Below are positions 14,401 to 27,200 of a DNA stretch of 64,000 bases, in pieces; the stretch's first letter is position 1; each line of letters starts with the position of its first letter. The notes below the pieces were generated by a model. It worked only from the letters and a program-made list of their open reading frames with translations. It ran no database searches and was not told the origin of the DNA. Origin of the DNA: Trichinella spiralis (lineage: Eukaryota); assembly GCF_000181795.1 (NCBI RefSeq), contig NW_003526945.1, positions 2,067,848 to 2,131,847 of the forward strand, written 5' to 3'. The translations under genes and the position numbers were made by a program.

Positions 14401-17400
14401 ATTGTGAAATTTATTTTAATTTACCCCAGCATTTGGTAATGGAAGAATTCACCCNNNNNNNNNNTTTCAACGTACAAACCCAGTGGATACTTCAAAATAT
14501 TCGAAATAAAATGCTATGCATGAGCTCAATTGTTTGAAATGAATTCTGAATTTATTTAATTACACCCGCGCATTGTGTAAGAGAGAATCTCCCCGGGGGC
14601 GCTTACCACTTTAATATTATTTATGCAATATTCACATTCGCATCCTTTTTATGTGCAAAAAGTAAATTTAAATTCTCCCACAATTTGTGGTGAGAGAGAA
14701 GATGCGTGGTAAGTGGAAAAGATGGTAAGGAGACCCACATTCCATAAAATGTGTGCTTCTCAACAAAGTACAACAATTAGCAGCGCTCGCGTTCTTCATT
14801 TGCCGCAATTTAATGATTATTTAAAGGAAAATATTTAGAGAAATTTTCTATTCTAATATATCGTAAAAAGAGATACGTGAGTAAAATTCATACGAGATTT
14901 GATGTCGTGAAATGTTTCATGGTGCGAGAAATGGCCGTCCATTCCGGCCGTTGGGAAAAACAATTACTGATGGAGGGACTTTCTGTATGGTATTAAAATA
15001 CGCAGAACCTCAAAATTTAGTGCCCATTTTATTCGAAAACTACCATGCAGTTTAAGATGAAAAGTCTCTAAAATTTCCATCTTTCCATCAGTATGAAAAC
15101 TATAACAATCAAGATAAAGTCANNNNNNNNNNGCATTTGTAATGAAGATTCAACCTTGGCGACTACACATATTATAATATGCAAAATTACAATTGCATGC
15201 CTTTTTATGTGGCAAAAGTAAATTTAAATATCCACAAATTTCGGTCTGAATGAGATGCTTGGTAAATGGAAAAGATGGTAATGAGAACCACATTCCATTA
15301 AATGTTTGCTTTTCAACAAAGTAAACAATTACAGCGCTCGCGTTTTCATTTGCAGGCAAATTAATGATTATTTTAAAAGAAAATTAATTAAAGAAAATTC
15401 TTATTTCCTATTAAATTCGGAAAAAAAGAGATGCGGTTAGTGAAAAATTCTTAACGGGAATTTGATGGTCTGAAAATGTTTTCAAGGGGCGGAAAATTGG
15501 CAGCCCATTCCGGGCCGTTGGAAATCAATTACTGATGGAGGGACTTCTGTATGTATTAAAATACGCAGAACCTCAAATTTAGTGCCCATTTATTCGAAAA
15601 CTACCATGCAGTTTAAGATGAAAGTCTCTAAAATTCCATCTTCCATCAGTATGAAACTATAACAATCAAGATAAAGTCAAAATTTTGAAAACTGAATTTT
15701 CGTCAATTTTCGCAGAAACAACCAAGTCTATGACCCATGAAATTTTGCAATTTTTGAGAAAAAATTTTTCTGTTTAAAAGTTAAAGAAGTTGATTTTTAA
15801 AGGTAAAGAATTATTTGTTGAATACTATAAAATTCTTCGAAACTTTCATGTTGATGCTTTCCTTGATAAGTACTTTAAAACGTGCTGCTTATAAATAGGA
15901 TTTTAACAAATCAAAATAAAAAGAATTGAAAAATGAAAGTTAAATAAATATTTATATGGAATGGTGTTATTAATTTGCACAACAAAACTATGAATGTTTC
16001 CACAGGAAAAAAGGAATTTATTTTAATAAGAATTGTTCCTGATTTTCATTTAAAATACAGGAACTTTCAAAATTGACAATCTTTGTTCTCAGAATATTTT
16101 TGATTATTACAATTCAGAGATAAGAATTTGCCAAATTATCTCATTAGAAAGCTATTTTTGTTTCATGTGCAAGTATTTTTATTCTATAAATTTCAAATGC
16201 ACAAACTGGAAAATTTATCAAATTTCTCAAAAATTCATTAATTTTAGTTTATAAAAAAATTTACATACCCATAATTGGGACACAATTGCTTGCAATAATG
16301 ATAAAATTATTTCACAGAATGGCGTAGTTTCTGTGAAGCATGGAATATGTTTCAACGTACAAACCAGTGGATACCTCAAAATATTCGAATAAATGCTATG
16401 CATGAGCTCAATTGTTTGAAATGAATTGTGAATTTATTTAATTACACAGCATTTGTAATGAAGATTCACCCTGGGCGACTACACATTATATTAATTATGC
16501 AAATTACAATTGCATGCCTTTTATGTGGCAAAAGTAAATTTAAATATCCACAAATTCGGTCTGAATGAGATGCTTGGTAAATGGAAAAGATGGTAATGAG
16601 AACCACATTCCATTAAATGTTTGCTTTTCAACAAAGTAAACAATTACAGCGCTCGCGTTTTCATTTGCAGCAATTAATGATTATTTAAAAGAAATAATTA
16701 AAGAAATTCTATTCTATTAATCGTAAAAAAGATGCGTTAGTAAAAATCTAACGGATTTGATGTCTGAAATGTTTCATGTGCAGAAATTGGCAGCCATTCC
16801 GGCCGTTGGAAAACAATTACTGATGGAGGACTTCTGTATGTATTAAAATACGCAGAACCTCAAATTTAGTGCCCATTTATTCGAAAACTACCATGCAGTT
16901 TAAGATGAAAGTCTCTAAAATTCCATCTTCCATCAGTATGAAACTATAACAATCAAGATAAAGTCAAAATTTTGAAAACTGAATTTTCGTCAATTTTCGC
17001 AGAAACAACCAAGTCTATGACCCATGAAATTTTGCAATTTTTGAGAAAAAATTTTTCTGTTTAAAAGTTAAAGAAGTTGATTTTTAAAGGTAAAGAATTA
17101 TTTGTTGAATACTATAAAATTCTTCGAAACTTTCATGTTGATGCTTTCCTTGATAAGTACTTTAAAACGTGCTGCTTATAAATAGGATTTTAACAAATCA
17201 AAATAAAAAGAATTGAAAAATGAAAGTTAAATAAATATTTATATGGAATGGTGTTATTAATTTGCACAACAAAACTATGAATGTTTCCACAGGAAAAAAG
17301 GAATTTATTTTAATAAGAATTGTTCCTGATTTTCATTTAAAATACAGGAACTTTCAAAATTGACAATCTTTGTTCTCAGAATATTTTTGATTATTACAAT

Positions 17401-17805
17401 TCAGAGATAAGAATTTGCCAAATTATCTCATTAGAAAGCTATTTTTGTTTCATGTGCAAGTATTTTTATTCTATAAATTTCAAATGCACAAACTGGAAAA
17501 TTTGTCAAATTTCTCAAAAATTCATTAATTTTAGTTTATAAAAAAATTTACATACCTATAATTGTTACACAATTTCTGGCAATGATCGTAAAATTATTTC
17601 ACAATATGCTGTAGTTTCTGTGTGGCATTGAACAAGTTTCACTTTCCAAACTGCTGGATACTTCTAAGCATTCGAATAAATACCATGCATGAGCTGAATT
17701 GTTTGAAATGAATTGTGCATTTGTTTAATTTCACAGCATTTGTAATGAAAATTCACCCTGGGCGACTACAAATTATTCTTGTTATGCAAATCGCGATTGC
17801 ATCGA
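11460..17805. repeat. Tandem array with a 1287-bp unit, about 5 copies (two internal gaps, low-quality copies at 14100-15540, diverged partial last copy)
   Basis: The anchor aactttcaaaa(t/a)tgacaatctttgttctcag occurs at 11464, 12751, 14038, 16062 and 17349. Spacing is exactly 1287 wherever no gap intervenes, and the copies are nearly identical. Confidence 0.95.
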
Positions 17806-18681
17806 TGTTTCAAATTTTATACTGTGGTTGTTTGCTAATTTATACACCTTTGATTGGCACCTTTATTTATTTTACTGATAGTGTACAAGTTTTGAATATA
17901 CCGTAAGCTTTTGTGGAAATTGAAAACACAACATGTATATTGTAGTTTTTATTGAAAATCAGAGGAATAAATAATTCAGTGTGCAAATATTCCTTTCGCC
18001 ATAATGGATGTGAATTAATCAATCAACAATGAATTAAAGAAACAAGCACTATTGCATTCGTTTATGTGATATATAAAGGTGAATCAAAATCAATCGATTG
18101 CACACAACTTACATATTCTCCGCAGTGAATCATTCTATAATGAATCGACAATCAATTTAAGAAGGAGCAGTTATTAATGAAAGTATGTCATGAAATCAGC
18201 ATTGGGAAATGTGGAAAAGAGAAACTGAATAGCAAATGAACGAATAAGTATAGATGATGTTTTAAAATGATGTGCGTCCAAATACTTCAGCTGTTATTAA
18301 AATAAATAACATAATAAACTGGTTGCTTGATTTAGTTAGATACAAAATGTCTGTTGGCATTTTATAAAAAGATTACAATATATAATACTCATATGGAGTG
18401 CCGTATAAAAGGAAAATTGTCTTAAATGCGTTAAATATTTTTGAGTAAATAACTAAAATACGCACACACACAGACAGACGCGCGCGCGCACATAAAAGAC
18501 ATGTGTGTAATGTATGTATAAAATGTATATATTCCTACTTATCGATTAATTATGGTTATAAGTGGAACGATGAATGAACAATAAGATTGAATAAATGTTG
18601 TTGTAAAAATCATTGGCGAAGTAGTAGTGGAAAGTAACGTTGGTTTGATGTAATTCTGTCAGTCAGGCTTCTTTTGCTCAG

Positions 18682-21600
18682 TCACAAATCTGTATCATAC
18701 CAGGCGTTCATTGTTGGTGGTGGAGGTTGCCCAGGATAATGCTGCGGCGGCATTGGCTGAGGCACGATACCCATGCCAACCGGCACTGCTCCATACGGTT
18801 GACCCATCATGCCAGCGTCCATCGGATCCCAGCCGACTCCAACCGCTGCCGGACTGTTCACATGCATCTGATCATAGCTGATCGCGTTGTCATATGCGCC
18901 TGTGATATGGAACGATTTCAACATTACTACACACTTCCCTTGAACGTCTAACAAAAATATCACTCACCTCGATAAAGTACATCGCTGAAATCGTCGGGTA
19001 GCACACACGAATCAGGACCTGCATCCTATAAAAAGGTTGGATAAAATAAAATATAGTAAGGGAAATAAAGTACAAAAATATGCAACCCAAGCTGCACTGC
19101 CATCATCGCGCAACAGCGAGCTGGTCAATTCAACACTGAGACGTTTGCGATATTCAACTGGCTTGTCAGCACTCATACGGTGCAACGTGGCACCGGCGTA
19201 AGCGGCTAAAAATAACGTGTGACATTTTTTTCTTTTTTAACAAACACTTAAAACACAATGTGCCAAAGTATAAAATAGAAATTTTGAAATAAAAGAAACA
19301 TACAAATGCTTTCATTTCTAGAATGAAGCAACTCTGTCAGTCGGGGCGTAGCACCGCACTGTTCTATCATGTGCACGCCTTCCAATTCGGTGGACAATTC
19401 TGACAACGCTCCAGACGCGACCAACTGGATGTGCTCCACTTCAAAGTACAGCAACTAAAAAAAATAGACGATTTTTTTCAATAATTATAATTAAAAAAAG
19501 CAAATATGCATAATATTCGTGCTAATACCTGAACAAGAATTGGAATGGTATTCATCTGTCGCATTACGTTACGATTCAACGCGTCTTTGGACAGCATGTG
19601 CAATGTGGCCGTGCTGCATTCTACAATGTCCATGCTGCTGACGCCGTCGATGATCGGCAGATCGGTTTTCGCCCGTTGTGCTTGTTGAACTTGTTGGAAA
19701 GAGCGTATAAAGTACATGCAGACATTGTTCACGACCGCTTGTTCTCGGAAAGCGGCCAAATTGGCCGGATTTGCGCCCAAATTGCGCAACAAACCCAAAG
19801 CCGCCTTAGCCACTGGCAGACGGATCAACGGCTGCGCGTGGAAGTTGACAAAGCTGCAAATCAACGGAATGCCATAGTTGAGACGGACAGAATTCAAGGC
19901 CGCCTCGACATCCGGGTGACGACATGTCACATGACGAAGCGTGCACAGGGCCGATTCCACAATTTCGAACAGCGTCGCACACTGCTGCAACGTACGTATC
20001 AACGCTTCTACGCCCATGTTACGACAGACGGTCACCTAAAATGGCCACCCTGATGATCACACTTCACAAGTCGACTGCACACAACTGGCCGCCTTTACCT
20101 TGTTGCGTTGATTGTTGCAAGTCAAATTGGAAAGGATGTCGACACAACAGGCGACCACTTCCATGTCACTAGATCCGAGCAGTTGGATCAGATGTCTCAA
20201 CAAATCTTCGACATTCTCTTCTTTCGTTGCTTCGTCAGACAAATTGCGCAAACAATCCAAACAGCTTCTTATCAAACGCTGAGACGGATGCGCAAGTCTC
20301 TGACCTAACACTTGCATGCAACCTATGAAAATTAAAAATAAACAAACATATAGAAAAGTTGTATTTATTTTTTATCTTAATGTATATTAGCTGCAAAAAA
20401 GAAGAACAAACTCTGCTAACCTGCTTGAATGATGGCCGGCTTGTTTTGCGGACATACACTCAAAACTTTCAACAAACGTGACGTTGTCCACAATAACTTT
20501 TCATAGTCGTAACTTTGAACAATACGCACAAGCTGTCGCGGACCGTCCGATGCGAGAATCACCAACTGAAGCAGTTGAAGAAATCAATATACTTAGCTTA
20601 CTGGGGGAAGGGGGGAGGGGAGGGGGAATACATAAATAAATAAATATATATATACCTTCGTCTCTGCATGCTTGTATGCCAAATTTTGCAAACAGTCGGT
20701 GACAATCGCAAGAAATTTCGGTATTGGCTTTTGCAACAACGCGACCATCTTCGGTACACCTCCTGATCGACGAACTTCATCCTTGGAGCCCTGTTGGTGC
20801 AACAACAAATTGTGCAACGTAGTGATAGCGTAAAATACAACTGAATCAATGGGTGATCTATAATTGCAATAATAAGTCAGAAAAGAAAAATCATTTTTTA
20901 ATATTTGAAAAAAAAAATAATCAACTCTTTTACCCCAACAAACGCACCAACGCGGGAATGCCACCAGACTGAAAAATTGCCAACAAGCCTGCATAATGTC
21001 TGGAAATGTTATAAAGAATTCCAGCTGCATATTTCGTCAACTCTGGATCAGCATTCAAATTCATCGCATTGATGATCGCCGAGACCAAATCTGTACTTTT
21101 CGCCAGTGCCATCAATTCGGCATCACGTTTACTGAGGTGGTGAATGACCATAGCGGCTTGTTGAACAACAACCTACAAATTAAACAACTGACCGCGAACT
21201 TCACACCTCGTCACCCACCCGTTCAGTCTCACAACTTTACACGATAATTTCTCATCAAAACTACTATTATCGTTCAAAAAAACCATTTCAGCAAAATAAA
21301 TTTCACTTGTAAAAACTATTCAAACAAACATATTTCATTAAAAATATTCATTAAACAATTCTCTTATCTACTACTGATATAAATTCAAAAGTAGACAAAA
21401 ATGTGAACTTTCCTTATCTTTGCCTTTATACATTTATTATTACTTTACTTGCTGAATTTCAAAAAAAAATTAAAATCTGAAATACCTTTTGCCTGATTAG
21501 GAAATAATTTTACAAATAGCAAAAAATAAAATAATTACTGTATAAGGGATCGGTATAAAATATTGCAGTTAGATTAAATTGTCAATAAAAACCTGATCGA

Positions 21601-22143
21601 CATCACTAAGGAGTTTGATCAATTCTGGAATCGCTTTTGCCGTCAATTCAGCATCGTCGTGGTAGTTGATGATGTTCACAACGGCCGTTTTCAACATTTG
21701 ACTCGGTTCAGCCAAGCGTTGGACGTTAGTCATCTGACCGAAATCATACTGGGCAATGCTTGGATCTTTCGGATCTTCAATCGTTTCGGGAAACATCGCT
21801 GCGCGGATTCGCTGAGACCGAGTCGCTTCGTATTCAGCATTTATGCCTGATAAATAAATTTAATTATTAATAATAAACAATTAACAAAAATATTCTTCAT
21901 ACCGTCTATTTGTTCGCGCGTATAGCCTGGCGTGTACGGATCGCCGTATTCTTCGATGAAATTGCTCACTGCTGATACTGCCGACACTGTCGACGAGGCG
22001 TACGTGTTCACGCCGGCTGAATGGATGCCAGAGTCGATGATGTAATTCTGATGGGCCCAAGCTAGGGTCTGCTGATCCTTTGGGCCCATCACTGGCATTG
22101 GAACTTGATCGCCCACATACGGACCTTGTGGTATGTGACTCAT
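18682..22143 (-). CDS. CTNNB1: Beta-catenin / armadillo, 11 coding exons (approx. 22143-21903, 21846-21593, 21172-20934, 20857-20656, 20565-20421, 20322-20099, 20035-19529, 19454-19304, 19205-19087, 19025-18968, 18947-18682)
   Basis: DSGIHS degron, [38 protein letters not shown], armadillo repeats ([54 protein letters not shown]) and C-terminal WYDTDL. GT-AG introns keep the frame. Confidence 0.97.
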
Positions 22144-24335
22144 TTTCGTTCGCAGGATCAGAACTACAATGAAAGAAAGCACAGCAAGCTCAGAAACGTA
22201 TTCAGAAAACAAGGTCGAGGTTATAAGCGACGGCCGCTGATTCAACTGCGTCTGCTGATCGCTCGCACACACCTTCCATTTACTTAGTCAACGCGATAAG
22301 TACACATTGACCCAAACTGCTAACAGCATGACTAAGAAGAAACTGTCAAAGTGGAAGTAGACAAAACAAAATTCGAATGAGTCATCACATCATTTTCGCC
22401 AAATAAATGAATAAATAAATCCGCCAACAAACACAATAATTAGAGTAGAAAAGGAAACAAAATTATACAAATTTCATATGCTGAAGGTAAAATGGAATTA
22501 AAAAGTGGGACGAACTGCTATTCGCAGTCGAGAAAATTCAAAGAAATTAGTAGAAAATTGATTTAAACCAGGATTTTGATTAAATAGAATCTGAAATATA
22601 TACAATCGATAAAACCCAAAATAGAATGACTACTTTCAGACGAGTCGCACGCCAAAGAATATCTAATTAAGAAAAAATTACGGCAAAACTCCTGGTAATT
22701 TCCAGCATAAACGCGGAAGAAGAGAAAAAAATCAAACTCTGTCGACCCTGCCTAGCCAAAATTTAGCAGAAAAGGCCACGCGCAAACACATCGACAAACA
22801 GGCAACGAAGCAAGCCATCCGCAATGCCGACCATCTGCTGCCAAGGGCAATGACGCTACTGCAGTAACACATCATATGATGCTCAAGTTTAAAAATAATT
22901 AAATATTTTCATTAGTCGTAAAACTTTTCTTAATTTAAAATAAATAATAATATTATCATTACACAAAAATGAAGTAGAGTATCATACAAATTTATATGTT
23001 TTCTTAGTTTTAATCAACATTAATTGAATTTTTGCTACGTTTCGTCTGCTCAATTTTGCATGTAATTAATGCTGAAGTTCTAATAATAGAAAAATTCTAA
23101 TTAGCATGTGAAATGAAAAATAACTAAATCTAATATTCAATTTGTAGATTTTAACGTAAAATTTACTAACAAATTGATAATTCACCACATCTTGAATTTG
23201 CTTCTAATTGAAAAATAATAAATTGCTAGTTAAGAAGCTTCATTTCTGTCCTTGAATTGTTCGGTGAATTTATAAATTCCTGAAATATCACGACATCAAC
23301 ATTTTTTGAACTAAACATTTTTCCGTTTTTATACTCTGCAGTGATTAAAACTTGGTGTCTATATGCTACTTTAGTTTGCAAAGATAATTATTAAAATTTC
23401 AAAAATGCAGTAAACTCTACATTTAATATTCTTAAACAAAATATTAAATGTTTCTCACATCATCATATTGAATTCATTGCACACTTATCAAGGCATGACA
23501 GAATTCAGTTTTTGTAATTTTAAAATAAATTTTTGGTTAAAATTACATTTATTGTATATTTTTGCAAAAGCTATTTCGTGTCGTCTGATGAACGTATTGA
23601 GAAAAATGATAAACTACTGTGTTGTCGAGATCACTTTAAAATTCAATATTCATTATTAAACAAATGTTCTGTTCAATTAGAAAAATATATAATATGTGCA
23701 TAAAACAGCTTATTTTTCTCCAGCTTTTTCTCTATTGCGATATTCTGTTACTTTTAAATTATTTTTTTAAGGTCAATTATAACTACAGTATGATATACTC
23801 GACTACACTTGGTCTTTAAAAATTCAAGTGCAATTTTTTCACTTATTTTTTTAATGATTATATTTAATTTCAGATAATAAAACTAGTTGTATTATTAATG
23901 TTAAAATTTTATTTACTTAAAAATTTATATGCTATTCAACAAATAATCAAATTATACTGTAACTTGAATTAGCATGGCTACTAAAATTACCAGAATCTTT
24001 TGCTATTTACCTTGTAGTAGACTTTTTGAACTGATGAATATATTAAATGAATTATGCTTATACTAGTATATGTTAATTTTTTAGGCATTATTAAATTTTC
24101 AGCTGCTCTCACTGACTACTTAAAGAAACCAATTCGATGTTTGTTTTGAAAGTTTTCGTTGAGATATTAAAAATTATTGTGTCAATGTTAGTTACAAACA
24201 CAGAAAATTCAGGCTGTACATAAGTATAATATGATAAAATACGATCAACGTAAGATTTTTATGCGTAATCATCAATTTTTATTGAATGCTCAAGGCCCTG
24301 TTAAATTGCAATGCTAAAGATGTCTTTTAGCTTTT

Positions 24336-25799
24336 TCAGGGAGTCAAACGTTTTGGATCGCGTGGAAACATCGACGCCAAACGAACGTTACTCAAGCCCA
24401 AATAGAGCATGGTGACACGTTCCAATCCGATACCACCGCCCGCATGCGGTGGACATCCGTACCGGAACGAGTCGATGTAAGCTTCAATTTTCTTCAAATC
24501 AATATTGTGATGTTTGGCTCGTTCAATCAACAAATCTGGGTTGTGTATTCGTTGCGCGCCGGAGAGTATCTCCTCGCCACGCATGTACATATCATAAGAA
24601 TTCGAATATTGTTTTTCCCGCGGATTCGGCATGGTGTAGAATGGTCGAATGCAGAGCGGAAATTTGTCTAATATGTAAAAGTCCGTTTGATATTTCTCCT
24701 TCACCAACTTACCCAGGAGCTTTTCCTGTGGTGTGCTCAGATCATCAAAGTCGCCAATATTTTCGCCATGCTCTCTCAATATGGCAATCGCTTGTGAATA
24801 TTCTAATATTAAAGCAGGTTCAGTGAATTCAAACGGTTCGGCTGGATATTGTTTCCTGACCGCGGCGATTTCACTGGAGCATATTTTCTCCAATCCTTTG
24901 AACATTTCAATAAACATCTGTCCTATCAACTGGACCACTTCATGATAGTGAAAATTGAATGCCATCTCCAAATCCAAGCCTATGAATTCGGTCAAATGAC
25001 GATGCGTATTTGAATCTTCAGCTCTGAAAACACTGCCAATAGTGAATACACGACCAAAGTCGCCGGCAATTGCCATCTGCTTGTATAGCTGAGGCGACTG
25101 GGCCAAATAAGCGGATCTTTTGAAATACGACACTTCGAAAACATTTGCTCCACCTTCACTGGCCGCCGAGATAATCTTCGGTGTGTGGATTTCGACAAAG
25201 CCATTTGACGTCAGATACTTGCGAAACTGATCGCAGACCACTGCCTGGAGTCGAAATATCGCTTGACTAGTTACAGTTCGGAGATCCAGAACACGGTTGT
25301 CCAATCTGGTATCCAAATTTACATGACTCAACGGATCGCCTTCGACAATACCTCTGGCTGCGTCTTCGATCTGCAGTGGCAGACGTGGGACAGCGCTGCT
25401 TACAACCCAAAAACGATTCACATGCAATTCTATCGAATCTTGAGAACACGACGTGATCTTCTGTTCCACTCTTCTCACAGTTCCGTAAATGTCGACAATT
25501 GACTCTCTTGAGACCGAGCTAACAAATTTCAGCATGTCTGTAGTTACTGTACGTCCGACGAACAGTGCAGCCTGGACGGTGTAGTGCTGATGACGAATAA
25601 CAACGAAGCATGTTTTCCCTTTGCTGCGACTCGTCTGCAGACGACCACGTACCCAGACTTCCTTGCCCTCCATATCAATACCGAGACGCTCGACTTTTGT
25701 GAACGTAATTTTCACTTTCGACTGCGACTGCACTAGAGGATAATTACCATAACCTCCATCTAATGAAAGAATCTTGAAATCGTCTGCCAATTCTTCCAT
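24336..25799 (-). CDS. DARS1: Cytoplasmic aspartyl-tRNA synthetase, single coding exon (~487 aa from the ATG at 25799)
   Basis: OB-fold ([15 protein letters not shown]), [55 protein letters not shown] and [13 protein letters not shown]...[11 protein letters not shown], all typical of eukaryotic cytosolic AspRS. Confidence 0.98.
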   Translation of the reverse strand: MEELADDFKILSLDGGYGNYPLVQSQSKVKITFTKVERLGIDMEGKEVWVRGRLQTSRSKGKTCFVVIRHQHYTVQAALFVGRTVTTDMLKFVSSVSRESIVDIYGTVRRVEQKITSCSQDSIELHVNRFWVVSSAVPRLPLQIEDAARGIVEGDPLSHVNLDTRLDNRVLDLRTVTSQAIFRLQAVVCDQFRKYLTSNGFVEIHTPKIISAASEGGANVFEVSYFKRSAYLAQSPQLYKQMAIAGDFGRVFTIGSVFRAEDSNTHRHLTEFIGLDLEMAFNFHYHEVVQLIGQMFIEMFKGLEKICSSEIAAVRKQYPAEPFEFTEPALILEYSQAIAILREHGENIGDFDDLSTPQEKLLGKLVKEKYQTDFYILDKFPLCIRPFYTMPNPREKQYSNSYDMYMRGEEILSGAQRIHNPDLLIERAKHHNIDLKKIEAYIDSFRYGCPPHAGGGIGLERVTMLYLGLSNVRLASMFPRDPKRLTP

Positions 25800-26719
25800 T
25801 CCTTCAGACAAAAAACACCAAACAATTACTTGCAATAAACAGGATATGGGGTGACAAGAAAAGCTTTTCGCAAATTTGGAATAAATTTTATAAATTAAAA
25901 AATCAAAAGAGGAACATAACGAGCTAATAAATGAAGTTAGAATCGATAAATTTCCCCAAATTTAAACTTATAAGAAATGTCGCACTACAATATAACCGCA
26001 GAGTGCACGAATGGCAAGCGGTTTAAGCTTTAGCAATAACTAACTGGCTGTACGTTCCGCTACAAAGTGATCAAAAAGTGGAATACCACTTACGATGAAC
26101 GTTTACTTAAAAGTAAAAAATATTATTCTCATTACTCAATTTTATTAATAATTATGCCAAAAATAATAGTGAAAAAAAACGGATATAACAATACCTTAAA
26201 ATATGTAGAAAATGCTACAGCTTAAAAGAACAATTTCGCCAAAAATAATTTCCGTGTACTATCTTTGTGCTACAAAATGAAAATCAAGGTCAAATTAAAT
26301 GAATGCTTGCAAAGTAGAGATTAAAATGAAAACGAAAATTTTATTATAATTTTAATATAAATTAAAAAAAACAATTTTTAAAAATTAATTTATTATTTTA
26401 AAATAAAGTTGGAGTTAGGTTTAGCAAATAAATGAAAACTCAGATTAGCTATGTGAATTGTCAGTTTATGATTGGCTGATAATTGTTTGCCAACTTGCAA
26501 GTGCTCCTCTTTATCTGTTTTATTTTACGCACATATTTATTTATTTTAAATGCATTCTTGATAATTTCAAATGAGCAGGCAGGTGCTTTTGTTCTTATTT
26601 TCTGTACATTCCATATTGCACCAATTGTGAATTTTCGATGAAAATTTTATCATGATGAAGATAAAAAATTGCAACTTATTCTATTTTGCAGTTGAATTTA
26701 CTTTGCTCCTGAACAAACA

Positions 26720-27200
26720 GCAAAGTGTAATGTGCATAGTTACGTCACTTCCTGTTGAACCGATCGTTCCACTGCCCGCACGCTCTGTGATCGAATGAGT
26801 CATGATGACAGGAAGAACTGCATTAGCATATTTTTACCTGGATCCCACACACTTCGCAACCACAAACACAGAATCACGGTTTCTACTTTGTACTACACTC
26901 TTCACATTAGCAATAACAACGAGGGTCTTTTATGTCGATTTTGTGACCTGGATGTCCAGTGCAGCAGATCAGATGATCTGCTCATTGGCTAGCGTCAGTT
27001 TCTCACTCCATTCTCTACTGACCCAGTTATGTGTAGTTAGCCTGAACTTACTTGCCTTGAGGGCTTCTTTGATTACACTATCCATAGAATATTCATATTT
27101 CGAGAATCCAACACACACAGTGTTACAAAGAAAACAGCTGCAATGAGTTGTTGCACTCCAATTGCAGCGGACTCTTAGTTTGTATTTTTCGACTAATATC
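26720..27200 (-). mobile_element. Possible highly degraded hAT (Buster/Charlie, ZBED8/SCAND3-like) transposase fragment
   Basis: The minus frame reads CFLCNTV...KEALKAS...TLANEQII*SAALDI, reminiscent of Buster-type ALKASY....HTIAE.LI.PAALDI. Contains stops and is locally less AT-rich. Confidence 0.35.

Noticed and set aside
14100..15540. Apparently diverged repeat copies
   Set aside because: The indel-rich differences next to gaps look like read-end errors rather than true divergence.
11460..17805. CRISPR or rDNA interpretation of the tandem array
   Set aside because: There is no short repeat-spacer structure and no rRNA, 5S or spliced-leader sequence that I can recognise in the unit.
19598..20308. 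Plus-strand ORFs antisense to beta-catenin (similar ones lie opposite AspRS and P5CS)
   Set aside because: They are shadow ORFs of GC-richer coding exons with no independent motifs.
22144..22272. N-terminal extension of beta-catenin suggested by the ORF track
   Set aside because: It begins at GTG. The first ATG is at 22143 and gives a normal N-terminus.
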